Source: Alphaproteobacteria bacterium (lineage in GTDB: Bacteria; Pseudomonadota; Alphaproteobacteria; JAAXGF01). From it: a DNA stretch of 64,000 bases. Within the stretch, counting starts at the first letter, position 1; every line of letters starts with the position of its first letter. The notes beneath the pieces are model-generated. The model ran no database searches, was not told where the DNA came from, and worked only from the letters and a program-made list of their open reading frames with translations. The stretch lies in the NCBI GenBank assembly GCA_963555825.3, contig CAUVXB020000002.1:192001-256000 (forward strand), read 5' to 3'. Both the position numbers and the translations under genes were made by a program. Positions 1-9,264 of this stretch are shown piece by piece.

Positions 1-108
1 GCGTCAGCATCTTCGGCCTCGAATTGGAAGACTGGGCCTGAGCAAAGTTCTTGCGGCGGTCGGTGGGCGTGCATACGTCCCTATGAGCATCACCATCGGA
101 GGCCCCGG

Positions 109-465
109 ATGCTTGAAGAGCTCAACGGCCGCGACGGCAATACCGTCGGATTCAAGGTCACCGGAAGATTCACCGGCGGCCAGATGAAGGCGTTGGCCGA
201 CCGCGTCGACGCGGTCGTCGCCGAGGCCGGGCCGGTGCGCTTGTTGGTCGAACTCAAGGATTTCCGAGGCATCGAAGTGGACGTGCTGTGGGAGAAGGCC
301 AAGTTCGCCTTCGCCCACCCGCGCGACATCGAACGCATGGCCGTGGTCGGCGACCGCGCCTGGGAGGAATGGTGGGTCAAGATTGGCGGCACGCTCGCGC
401 CCGCCGAGACGCGCTACTTCGACCACGACGACATCGACGCCGCCTGGGACTGGCTGATGCGCTAG
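109..465 (+). CDS. STAS/SEC14 (SpoIIAA-like) domain protein
   Basis: 118 aa ORF with GGAGG RBS; motifs 'VRLLVELKDFRG', 'IERMAVVGD', 'RYFD...AWDWL' typical of the family. Confidence 0.85.
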   Translation: MLEELNGRDGNTVGFKVTGRFTGGQMKALADRVDAVVAEAGPVRLLVELKDFRGIEVDVLWEKAKFAFAHPRDIERMAVVGDRAWEEWWVKIGGTLAPAETRYFDHDDIDAAWDWLMR

Positions 466-545
466 CGCCCTATTCAATATTTGCGACGAAATCCGAGCTA
501 CGGACGTCCAACAATTGCGCGCGACGAGTCATTACAGTGTTTCGA

Positions 546-929
546 CTAACCTCTATAAACGATGGCTTCATTTAGCGCATCAACGACCTGAGAAATGAAC
601 TGACTATCGTGGCTTGTGAGGGCTTCCGATTCGCCTGACGCAGTGTTGAGTAAAACGGAGAATTTTTTCTTTTGCGCGATCCACCACACGATCGCACACG
701 CGACCATAATTAACCCAATTACAGTTGCCCCAGCACCTGCAGCCAAAAAAAGCAGTCCAAAAATAAATAAAATTATTGGACCTGCACGAGATGGATCGTG
801 CTGGTACGATTTAACAGACGTTATACCATTCATTGTAAAAGTTTGACCCTGTGCAATGAAACGCGTGTTCGTTACATTCACATTTCTGGAGTTGAAGAAG
901 ACTATTTCTTCCATATTGTTTGTCCCCAT
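546..929 (-). CDS. Small membrane protein, DUF6232-like (low GC)
   Basis: 'VNVTNTRFIAQGQTFTMNGITSV', two TM helices and 'LNTASGESEAL...VVDALNEAI'; visibly AT-rich; start may be the ATG of MEEIVFF. Confidence 0.65.
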   Translation of the reverse strand: MGTNNMEEIVFFNSRNVNVTNTRFIAQGQTFTMNGITSVKSYQHDPSRAGPIILFIFGLLFLAAGAGATVIGLIMVACAIVWWIAQKKKFSVLLNTASGESEALTSHDSQFISQVVDALNEAIVYRG

Positions 930-1159
930 TAAAGTATTTTTCGATCAGTGAGAGGCGCCACACCTACGGCATGGGGATAATTCTGCGACGCATGATGCGC
1001 CTGGTACTCAGCATTCGGATCCACGATATTTTTTCACTCGCGGCCCAGCACAACGAACACCCTAAGGTACGAAAAGCGATTTGCCTCGTCAATCTGAAGT
1101 AGTGAGCAAAGTTTTGAATTCGCTGAGCAAATTGGTGGGGCTGAATTGGATCCACCGCG

Positions 1160-1810
1160 CTATTCCCATTTCGCCCGCGCATCGGGGTTGTGGACCGCGA
1201 GCATGCGTTGGACCGCGGGGCGCGCATGCACCAGGGCGAGCGCCCGCGCGACGTTCGGGAATTCGCGCAAATGCCGGTGGTGCGGCTGGTTCCACAGCGC
1301 CATGGTGTGCATGTAGAGGTCGCACACCGAGAACGCCTCGCCGAGCAGATAGGGCCCCGGATCGAGCGCGTCGTCGAGCATCGTCCAGGCGTTGCCGATC
1401 AACGCCGTCGCATTGGTCTCGACGCCGGCCGCCTGATTGGCCTCCGCGGTGAACCGCTCGGGATAGAAGTGCAGCATGTAGGCCGGCTGCAGCACCTCGG
1501 CCATGAAGAACAGCCACTGATAGCAGAGCCCGCGCGCCGCGCCGCCCGGCGCCGGCGCGAGGGCGGCCTCGGCGTGCTCGTCGGCGAGATGCAGCAGGAT
1601 CGCCGCTGACTGGTAAATGACCTGCGGCCCGGCCGGGTCGTTCTCATCGATCAGCACCGGGACCTTGCCCTGCGGGTTGAGCTTCAAAAAGTCAGGCGAA
1701 CGTGGCACTTCGATATCGACGTAATCGAGCGCGTAGGGCGCGCCGATTTCCTCGAGCGCGGCGTGCGCGCCCATCGCCGACGACGAAATCGTGTAGGACA
1801 GGCGGTACAT
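1160..1810 (-). CDS. Glutathione S-transferase family protein
   Basis: MYRLSY start; 'FLKLNPQGKVPVL', 'QSAAILLHLAD', 'YLLGEAFSVCDLY'. Confidence 0.9.
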   Translation of the reverse strand: MYRLSYTISSSAMGAHAALEEIGAPYALDYVDIEVPRSPDFLKLNPQGKVPVLIDENDPAGPQVIYQSAAILLHLADEHAEAALAPAPGGAARGLCYQWLFFMAEVLQPAYMLHFYPERFTAEANQAAGVETNATALIGNAWTMLDDALDPGPYLLGEAFSVCDLYMHTMALWNQPHHRHLREFPNVARALALVHARPAVQRMLAVHNPDARAKWE

Positions 1811-1812
1811 GA

Positions 1813-2868
1813 TCAGTGTTCCCCTCGGATCGCAATGCCGGCCCGCACGACGCCGTGGCACGGGTTGGCGCCGATGCGGTAGGCGAGCTCGGCCGGCCGC
1901 TCGATGTCCCAGATCGCGAAGTCGGCGGCCTTGCCCACTTCCAGCGTGCCGTGGCTCGCGGCCATGCCGAGCGCCTGGGCGGCGTTGCGCGTGACCCCGG
2001 CGAGCGCCTCCTCGGGCGTCATGCGGAACAGGGTGCACGCCATGTTGAGCATCAACAGAAGCGAGGTGACCGGCGACGAACCGGGGTTCGAATCGGTCGC
2101 GATGGCGATCGGCACGCCGGCGGCGCGGAACGCGTCGATCGGCGGCAGCTTGGTCTCGCGCAGGAAGTAGAACGCGCCGGGCAGCAGCACCGCCACCGTG
2201 CACGCCGCCGCCATCGCCGCGACGCCGTCGTCGGACAGGAACTCGAGGTGGTCGGCGCTCAAGGCGCCGTAGCGCGCCGCGAGCTTGGCGCCGCCCTGGT
2301 CCGACAGTTGCTCGGCGTGGAGCTTGACCGGCAAGTCGAGCGCGCGCGCCGCGACGAACAACTGCTCGGTCTGCTTGGTCGTGAAGCCGATCGTCTCGCA
2401 GAAGCCGTCGACCGCGTCGACCAGGCTCTCGGCATGTGCGGCGGGCAGCGAATCGAGGCAAACGAAGTCGATGTAGTCGCCCGCGCGGCCCTCGTACTCG
2501 GGCGGCACCGCATGGGCGCCCAGGAAGCTCGTCTTGACGGTCAGCGGCAGCGCCTCGCCCAGGCGGCGCGCGACACGCAGCATCTTGACTTCGGTCTCGA
2601 CGTCGAGGCCATAGCCCGACTTGATCTCGATCGTCGTGACGCCTTCGGCGATGAGATCGGCGAGCCGCCGCGCGGCGCTTGTGAACAGGTCCTCCTCGCT
2701 CGCCGCGCGGGTCGCGGCGACGGTCGAGCGGATGCCGCCGCCGGCGCGCGAGATCTCCTCATAGGTCGCGCCCTCGAGGCGCAGCTCGAACTCGGCGGCG
2801 CGGCCGCCGCCGTAGACGATGTGGCTGTGGCAATCGATCAGCCCCGGCGTGATCCAGCGGCCGCCGAC
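1813..2868 (-). pseudogene. hutI: Imidazolonepropionase, 3' part (interrupted by IS3)
   Basis: '[11 protein letters not shown]', 'EIKSGYGL', 'KLHAEQLS', 'SADHLE', '[10 protein letters not shown]'. Confidence 0.92.
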
Positions 2869-2930
2869 TGAGGTGGTCCCACTTTGTTGGACAGTTTGGC
2901 AGCGCGGTTAAGGTGTATTCCGTTGTTTGA

Positions 2931-3860
2931 TCATGCTGCCAAAATCCTTTTTATCACATCCTGTTGCTGTTGTTGAGCCTGTGGGGATGTGGGCAAGGCG
3001 CGAGCCTTGTCCATCATATCCACAGGTTGACCGGCCCCGTAGGCCTCGGCCGGCGTTTGACCGTCGAGGGACGAATGGGGCCGCTCGGTGTTGTAGAAGC
3101 CGATCCACTCGCCGATGACCCGTTCGGCGTGGAAGCCGTCGGTGAGCTCGTGTAGGTAGACCGCCTCATACTTGAGAGACCGCCACAGGCGCTCGATGAA
3201 GATGTTGTCCATGCAGCGGCCCCGACCGTCCATGGAGATGCGGATGCTCGCGTTCTTGAGCACGCCGGTGAAGTCGAGGCTGGTGAACTGGCTGCCCTGA
3301 TCCGTATTGAATATCTCCGGCTGGCCGTAGCGGGCCAGCGCGTCGCCCAAGGCCTCGGCGCAGAATCCAGCGTCCATGGTGTTCGACAGCCGCCAGGATA
3401 AAACGTGGCGCGTCGCCCAGTCCATGATCGCTACCAGGTACAGAAAGCCACGCTGGACGGGGATATAGGTGATGTCGGCGCACCAGACCCGATTGGGCTG
3501 GTCGATAGCCATCCCTTTGAGAAGATAAGGATAAATCCGGTGCATGGGATGCGGCACGCTGGTTCTCGGCGCCTGATAGATCGCCTCCAGGCCTATCAAT
3601 CGCATCAACCTGCGAACCCGGTGACGGCCGACGCAAACGCCGTCCCGCCGCAACTGGCGGACCATCTGGCGGCTGCCGTAGAACGGGTACTTCATGAACA
3701 ACTCGTCGATCCGACGCATCAGCGCCAGACTCGAAGGGCTCTCCCCCCTGGGCGCATAATAGAACGAGGACCGGCCGATCGAAAGCAGGCGGCATTGACG
3801 GCTCAAGCTCAGCTCGGGGGCGTCGCGTGTGATCATCGCCTTGCGCTCCCCCCGGCTCAT
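2931..3860 (-). CDS. IS3 transposase OrfB (DDE)
   Basis: 'WCADITY', 'NTDQGSQF', 'DNIFIERLWRSLKYE'. Confidence 0.95.
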   Translation of the reverse strand: MSRGERKAMITRDAPELSLSRQCRLLSIGRSSFYYAPRGESPSSLALMRRIDELFMKYPFYGSRQMVRQLRRDGVCVGRHRVRRLMRLIGLEAIYQAPRTSVPHPMHRIYPYLLKGMAIDQPNRVWCADITYIPVQRGFLYLVAIMDWATRHVLSWRLSNTMDAGFCAEALGDALARYGQPEIFNTDQGSQFTSLDFTGVLKNASIRISMDGRGRCMDNIFIERLWRSLKYEAVYLHELTDGFHAERVIGEWIGFYNTERPHSSLDGQTPAEAYGAGQPVDMMDKARALPTSPQAQQQQQDVIKRILAA

Positions 3861-4138
3861 CGCTTGAGCCCTCTGGCTAAAAAATCCCGTTCCACCGTCA
3901 GCTCGCCGATCTTGGCGTGAAGGTCGCGGACCTCGGATTCATGATCCCGGCAAGCGCGGTTGGCGCCGTTCGAAAACACTTCGCCCAGACCGTCCACCGC
4001 CTGGCGCTTCCAGGCGCTCACCTGGTTCGGATGCACCTTGTGCTTGGCCGCGATCTGCTGGATCGTCTTGTCGCCCCGCAGCGCTTCCAGCGCCACCCGG
4101 GCCTTGAATTCCGCCGTAAACCGGCGTCGATTCGTCAT
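3857..4138 (-). CDS. IS3 transposase OrfA (HTH)
   Basis: 'RRRFTAEFKARVALEAL', 'LHAKIGELTVERDFL'. Confidence 0.93.
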   Translation of the reverse strand: MTNRRRFTAEFKARVALEALRGDKTIQQIAAKHKVHPNQVSAWKRQAVDGLGEVFSNGANRACRDHESEVRDLHAKIGELTVERDFLARGLKR

Positions 4139-4205
4139 CTCGTATTCCTCCGTTATCCGGTGGAATACACCTTAGCTCCCTGTCCGATTTTCTGGGACCA
4201 CCTCA

Positions 4206-4391
4206 GACGTCGTGCGCCGCGGCGGCGCAGTCCGCAGGCTCGGCCGGAAGTTTGGCGACGGGGCCGAGCCAGGCGATCCGGCCGTCGGCGACCGCGATCA
4301 CGGCGTCCTCGATGGCGCCGTAGGCCGCGCCGCCTACCGCCATGGTGGCGAGCCGCGCGTCGTACCACAGCGCATCCCAACCGGTGTCCAT
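4206..4391 (-). pseudogene. hutI: Imidazolonepropionase, 5' part
   Basis: '[13 protein letters not shown]...[21 protein letters not shown]'; rejoins in frame ([12 protein letters not shown]) when the IS and one GAC are removed. Confidence 0.9.
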
Positions 4392-4543
4392 CGCCTGCCC
4401 CGTCGTTGCCGTCGTCCAGGCTTAGCGCCGAGCGGAGCAGCGCGCAACGCCCGCGTTCGGCCGATTGGATGTTACCGTGTGGCCTGTGCAGCGTTACGAC
4501 GCTTCAAGCTACGATCTGCCTCCATAGTGATGAGTGGTCGGTT

Positions 4544-5341
4544 TCAGGGCTTGTGGGCCGTGACGATATGGGCGTCCATCGGCAACCCGACCTCGCCATC
4601 GTGGTTGCAGAAGCGCTTCAGGTCCTTGTGCGCTTCCTTGAGCAGCGCCTCAAAGACATCGTCGTCCATATCTGCAAGCACCCATCCCTTGACCCAGACG
4701 CGAACGAATTCGTCAATCGAAGAGAAGAAAAACGAACCTTCGCGGGTTTCGACCTGCGCATCCGTAATCCCTGCCGAATGGAAGAGCCCCAGGAGCTCGT
4801 CTTCGTCGCCGAGCACGTAGGGCGCCTTGAACGCTTCCGCCGCATCGTCGCCGATAAGACGCCGGGCGATTTCGGCCAAGGCGACATCACCGACCGAGCG
4901 CTCGAAGGCCATCCACACGGCTACCGCGAGCCGCCCGCCTGGTGCCAAGACCCGCCACATTTCCCTGATTGCGGCCACGCGGTCGGCAATGAACATGAGC
5001 ATGAATTGGCTCACCACGGCGTCGAAGCTTTCATCCCCGAACGGCAACTGGAGAACGTCTCCCTGGCGCCATTCGATCCCGGGTCCCATGCGCTTCGCCA
5101 CCGCAAGCATGCTCTCATTGAGGTCGAGGCCAACTACACGACCGCTCGGTCCAACGCGGAGCGCGGCTTCGCGCGCCACAACGCCCGTCCCACAACCGAC
5201 ATCCAGGAACCGGTCGCCCGGACCAACATCAGCGGCATCGGCCAGGCGGGGAGCCCACTGGCCGAAGAGGGCCGGCACGAAGTCCGGCTCGTAGACGACG
5301 GCGGCATCGGTCGAAAGTTGCACGGTCTTCGGTTCTGACAT
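4544..5341 (-). CDS. Class I SAM-dependent methyltransferase
   Basis: 'FLDVGCGTG', 'GLDLNESML', 'LPFGDESFDAVV', 'RVLAPGG'. Confidence 0.9.
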   Translation of the reverse strand: MSEPKTVQLSTDAAVVYEPDFVPALFGQWAPRLADAADVGPGDRFLDVGCGTGVVAREAALRVGPSGRVVGLDLNESMLAVAKRMGPGIEWRQGDVLQLPFGDESFDAVVSQFMLMFIADRVAAIREMWRVLAPGGRLAVAVWMAFERSVGDVALAEIARRLIGDDAAEAFKAPYVLGDEDELLGLFHSAGITDAQVETREGSFFFSSIDEFVRVWVKGWVLADMDDDVFEALLKEAHKDLKRFCNHDGEVGLPMDAHIVTAHKP

Positions 5342-5466
5342 CTCGATGTTCTCCTTTCCAGATGATCGTCTGACCCTACCCTGCAGTACGGCGTGGCTGG
5401 CACCGTGACATGAATGTGACAGAGCAAACGCCGTGGAGGTCCGTTCATGGTTGGGTAGAGACGAGA

Positions 5467-5545
5467 ATGATGCCTACGTTGAGCCTGAACTTGCTTGGTG
5501 GCTTCGAATTTCGCGCTACGTCGGGCACGAGTATCGCCGTGCCAA
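5467..5545 (+). pseudogene. Probable N-terminal remnant of a SARP/BTAD-type regulator
   Basis: 'MPTLSLNLLGGFEFRATSG' resembles SARP/BTAD N-termini; the frame then runs into the antisense of the DMT gene. Confidence 0.45.
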
Positions 5546-5573
5546 TCGTTATCGGCGAAGGTCCGCTGGTCGG

Positions 5574-6539
5574 TCATCGCCGTACCGCGAGGATGCCCGC
5601 TATGGCGATCAGAACAATTCCCGCAACAGATACGGTATCCGGTACTTCCGCGAAAAACAGAAGCCCCCAGAGCGCGGCGAATGCCAGATATGAAAAATCG
5701 AATGTCGATACAATCGATGACGGACCGGCTTGGTAGGCAATAGCGGCTCCAACGCTGCCAATGAGGATGGCCGTCGCAAGCAGGCCCATCGCGAGCCACT
5801 CATGCGTTCCCATCGAGATCCACCGACCGAGAAGGAACCGATAGCCTTCAATGTAACTGCTCGATGGTCCCCAGAGCGCAACGAAAAGCGTTGCGACGAC
5901 CCCGACACCGATCATCGAAACGTTCAATCCAAAGGACAGCACCAGCGGGTTTTCATTCTTGCATTTGGTGCGCGTGAGGATCATCGCGAAGGCATAGAGA
6001 ACGGCCGAGGTAAGCGGCAGCAACGCATATCCGTTGAAATCGTCGGCTCGAGGCCTGAGGATCAGAAGCACGCCGCAGAAACCCAGGAATACCGCGATCC
6101 AACCCCGAACACCGACCCTTTCACCGATGAAAACGGCGGCAAACAACGTGATGAAGAGCGGCAAGGTGTAGTAGACGGCGGCTGCGACCGATAGGTCGAC
6201 GTGCGGCAAGGCCGTGTAGTAGGCCACCCACATGAATGTGAGCATCAGGCTTCTCAAGGCCGTCCAGCCCAAGCTGATTGGCCTAAGCGACACGGCTCGC
6301 GTCCGGGTTTTGACTACCGCGATCAAGACGGGGATCGCGATCACGGAGCGGAACACAAAGATCTGCCAAAGCGGAAAATCCGCGCTGATCTGCTTGATCA
6401 GGGCATCGCCAAGAGACAGGGCGAACACGGTGAAAACGATGGCAATGACGGCAAGTTTTATGTTGTCGCCATCGGCGTATATGAAGCGCTTCACCGACCC
6501 GTTCCCTCGCCGGTCACGACCAACCATGACCGTTTTCAT
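5574..6539 (-). CDS. DMT/EamA family transporter
   Basis: ~10 hydrophobic segments; 'LGDALIK', 'YYTLPLFITL', 'GERVG...W'; start placed downstream of the IS end, exact start uncertain. Confidence 0.88.
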   Translation of the reverse strand: MKTVMVGRDRRGNGSVKRFIYADGDNIKLAVIAIVFTVFALSLGDALIKQISADFPLWQIFVFRSVIAIPVLIAVVKTRTRAVSLRPISLGWTALRSLMLTFMWVAYYTALPHVDLSVAAAVYYTLPLFITLFAAVFIGERVGVRGWIAVFLGFCGVLLILRPRADDFNGYALLPLTSAVLYAFAMILTRTKCKNENPLVLSFGLNVSMIGVGVVATLFVALWGPSSSYIEGYRFLLGRWISMGTHEWLAMGLLATAILIGSVGAAIAYQAGPSSIVSTFDFSYLAFAALWGLLFFAEVPDTVSVAGIVLIAIAGILAVRR

Positions 6540-6566
6540 CGTCCAGCATTGATATGGATAGCGCGT

Positions 6567-8220
6567 GGGTGCGAGTCTCGCATGGCAGTGATGTCTGCGG
6601 CTTGGTTCGTTGAGTTCAGGCAGCGATTGCCATGGCTGCTGCACGTGGACTGATGTTGTCGTTGGCCGGTGTGTCGGTTGCGCTGATCAGGGCCTTCCAT
6701 GCCCGCTCGAAGCGGCCGGATTTGATCAGGGCGCGGAAGGTCAGAACAGCCTGTCCGCCGACGATCCGCCAGCGCATGCCGGAGCGCTTCATGCGCTGTG
6801 TCACCAGGGTCTTGTTGGCAGCTTCGACCACGCCTGAGCCGATGGCGATGCCCTCTTCCTTCAGGGCGTGGTAGCGCATGCGATGGCGATGCTTGCGGAA
6901 GAAGGCGAGTTCCCGCTCGGTCTCGGCCCGGTCCGGCGCAGCGGCGGCATCGCGAAGGTGGCGCAGCGCCCGGATCACCTTGGCGACGCCACGGGGATCG
7001 TGACGGAGGATCTCGCGGTACTTCTCGAACCAGCCGGGCGCCACGGCATGGTCGGACGCGGTTTGCAGATGTTCGCAAGCATGCCAGAAGTCGATCACCT
7101 CGGTTTCGGGCGACAGGGTCTCCAGGAAGGTCCAGTTGTCGGCGGCGCCATCGGCGATAGCGACGATCCCGATCTCGGGGCGTGCTCGCCTGATGTGTGC
7201 GACTTCGCTTGCAAGCTGCGCCTTCAGCGTGAGCTTGCCGCTCTCCGGCATGCGGCCGAGATAGAGGGTCTTCAGGCGCTTGCCCTCGGCGTCGTGGAAG
7301 GAGACCGTGCCGCAGGCAGCCTCGCGCCAGGAGGCCTTGGCGCGACCGTCCTCGCCGGGTCTCAGCGGCACCATGACGCCGTCGAGGGAGACCGAGGCGG
7401 TGGTCGCGTCCTGCGGTATGCCCTCGGCCTCACGGATGCTGCCCAGCGTCTCCGGGCCGAGGCTCTCCCAGCATTCGTGCATGCTCAGGGTCAGGCGCTG
7501 CAGGGTGCTCACCGACGGCGTCATGGCGCCGGTCTTCGCAAAGAACGCCGCCGCTTCCCGGGCCGTGCAGTGACCCATCATCAGCAGACCGAGCTCGGCC
7601 GCCGGCCGCGTCAGGTAATCGTCGACGAGGCCCAGGCTCTCGTCGACCGGCACCGGCGATGCCCCGCTCGCGCCGCTGCGGTAACGCGCTCGCCGGTAGG
7701 TCACCGGACCGAGCGAGGTCATGATCGTCTTCGGCGTCACCGCGACCCGGAACCAGCTCTGCCCGTCCCGCTCGATCCGGGAAGCGCCATCGTCCCGGTT
7801 CTCGATGACGGCGCCCATGACATCGCGAGCGAACTCGTTCGTGGCCTCACGCACCCGCAACTCGACCTCCTCGGGCGCCTCGGGGCGCGGCTCGGAACGA
7901 AGCTCCTCGCGACACAGTGCGAGCACCCGGGCGGCCGCCTCGACGACCCGAGGAGGCAGGCCGGAAAGATCGATGGACGAAGGCGCCGGAGGCGGGGATA
8001 CTGCCATGGGAATGCTCCCGATGTTGGGTTTCGAGACACGGCATCGTACCGCTTCTGGCGGTGCGGAGCGTTCCCACCTTCCCCTGCTCGACCCTGCCGT
8101 CGTGACAAAATCCTGCCTTGGAGCGGCCCATTGTCACGAATAGCCGATTTCGGCCGTTCGTCTCGACACAAAAAACGCACTAAATCAATGACTTAGATTT
8201 TCCATACCAGACCCACACCC
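6567..8220 (-). mobile_element. ISKra4-like insertion sequence (1654 bp)
   Basis: Imperfect IRs GGGTGCGAGTCTCGCATGG / GGGTGTGGGTCTGGTATGG; 8-bp target duplication TAGCGCGT (6559-6566 / 8221-8228). Confidence 0.88.
6616..8007 (-). CDS. ISKra4-family DDE transposase
   Basis: 'VSLDGVMVP', 'IADGAADNW', 'IDFWHACEHL', 'IGSGVVEAANK...RMKRSGMRW'. Confidence 0.88.
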   Translation of the reverse strand: MAVSPPPAPSSIDLSGLPPRVVEAAARVLALCREELRSEPRPEAPEEVELRVREATNEFARDVMGAVIENRDDGASRIERDGQSWFRVAVTPKTIMTSLGPVTYRRARYRSGASGASPVPVDESLGLVDDYLTRPAAELGLLMMGHCTAREAAAFFAKTGAMTPSVSTLQRLTLSMHECWESLGPETLGSIREAEGIPQDATTASVSLDGVMVPLRPGEDGRAKASWREAACGTVSFHDAEGKRLKTLYLGRMPESGKLTLKAQLASEVAHIRRARPEIGIVAIADGAADNWTFLETLSPETEVIDFWHACEHLQTASDHAVAPGWFEKYREILRHDPRGVAKVIRALRHLRDAAAAPDRAETERELAFFRKHRHRMRYHALKEEGIAIGSGVVEAANKTLVTQRMKRSGMRWRIVGGQAVLTFRALIKSGRFERAWKALISATDTPANDNISPRAAAMAIAA

Positions 8221-8285
8221 TAGCGCGTTGGTATAGTTTTTGGTAGACGGCATAATCCAATCACAGAAGTAATTAAATTCGAATA

Positions 8286-9188
8286 ATGAGCAGGCACTTA
8301 TTCAGCGGCCTCGAAGTGTTTCTCGCTGTCGCCGAACATGGCTCCCTGCGACGCGCGGCCAATGCCCTCGGTGTTCAGCCGCCCGCGATCAGCTACCAGC
8401 TCAAGACCTTGGAACAGCGAATTGGCGCCGTGCTGTTCGTCAGAACGACACGTTCGATAAAACTAACGGATGCCGGCCGCTCTCTTCTGAATCGCGCAAA
8501 GCCAGCGATCACCGAACTCGCCGAGGCGATTGAAGACGCACGAGCGTCGGGCACGGTAAGGAAGGGAACGGTCAGATTGACGCTGCCCTATGTCGCGTAT
8601 GAGATGACGGTGGCACGAAAACTCGCTGCCTTTCAGCGCAAATTCCCGGAGATCGAGCTCGAGCTGTCATTCGATGAAGCGTTCGTCGACATCGTCTCGG
8701 AGGGGTTTCATGCTGGTGTGAGGTTGGGGGAACAGATCCGCGAAGATATGATCGCGGTCCGCCTAAGCCCCGCCTTCAAGGAGGTCGTCTTTGCCGCGCC
8801 TTGTTATTTCGACGAGCATGGCCGGCCAGACCGGCCGGAAGATTTGTTGCAGCATAATTGCATCCGGTACCGCTACATCTCTTCGAGGCGATTCGCAGAG
8901 TGGCAGTTCGATGGCTCGGACGGAATCAAGACGATCGATGTGAAGGGGAATTTGATCGTCGACAGCACCAACGCCCTGATCGACGCGGCGCGCGCCGGTT
9001 CCGGCATCGGCTGGCTGTTCCAACCGAGTGTCGAAGACGATCTCCGGACCGGAACGCTTGAGAGCGTCTTGGACGGCCACACTATCGAAAGGCCCGGATA
9101 TTTTTTGTACTACCCCAAGGCAAACGCCCGGATCGAGGTGTTGCGGGCATTCGTCGGCTTCATGAGGCATCATCGCGGCGAACTGTAA
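8286..9188 (+). CDS. LysR family transcriptional regulator
   Basis: N-terminal HTH 'FLAVAEHGSLRRAA...LFVRTTRSIKLTDAG' plus substrate-binding domain. Confidence 0.95.
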   Translation: MSRHLFSGLEVFLAVAEHGSLRRAANALGVQPPAISYQLKTLEQRIGAVLFVRTTRSIKLTDAGRSLLNRAKPAITELAEAIEDARASGTVRKGTVRLTLPYVAYEMTVARKLAAFQRKFPEIELELSFDEAFVDIVSEGFHAGVRLGEQIREDMIAVRLSPAFKEVVFAAPCYFDEHGRPDRPEDLLQHNCIRYRYISSRRFAEWQFDGSDGIKTIDVKGNLIVDSTNALIDAARAGSGIGWLFQPSVEDDLRTGTLESVLDGHTIERPGYFLYYPKANARIEVLRAFVGFMRHHRGEL

Positions 9189-9264
9189 CGTGCGACACCA
9201 CGGTTCGCCAAAGGCCTGAGAAGTCGCTTGCTGGTCCGCGCCGCGGCCTGTACATCCCAAGGCC

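Larger units (their letters stand above)
2869..4205 (-). mobile_element. IS3-family insertion sequence (1337 bp)
   Basis: TG...CA ends; terminal IRs TGAGGTGGTCCCA...GGACA; 3-bp target duplication GAC (2866-2868 / 4206-4208); orfA+orfB. Confidence 0.95.

Noticed and set aside
466-1159. Low-GC single-gene insert as a defined mobile cassette
   Set aside because: Only a 6-bp TAGCGC symmetry at the borders; no convincing IR or DR
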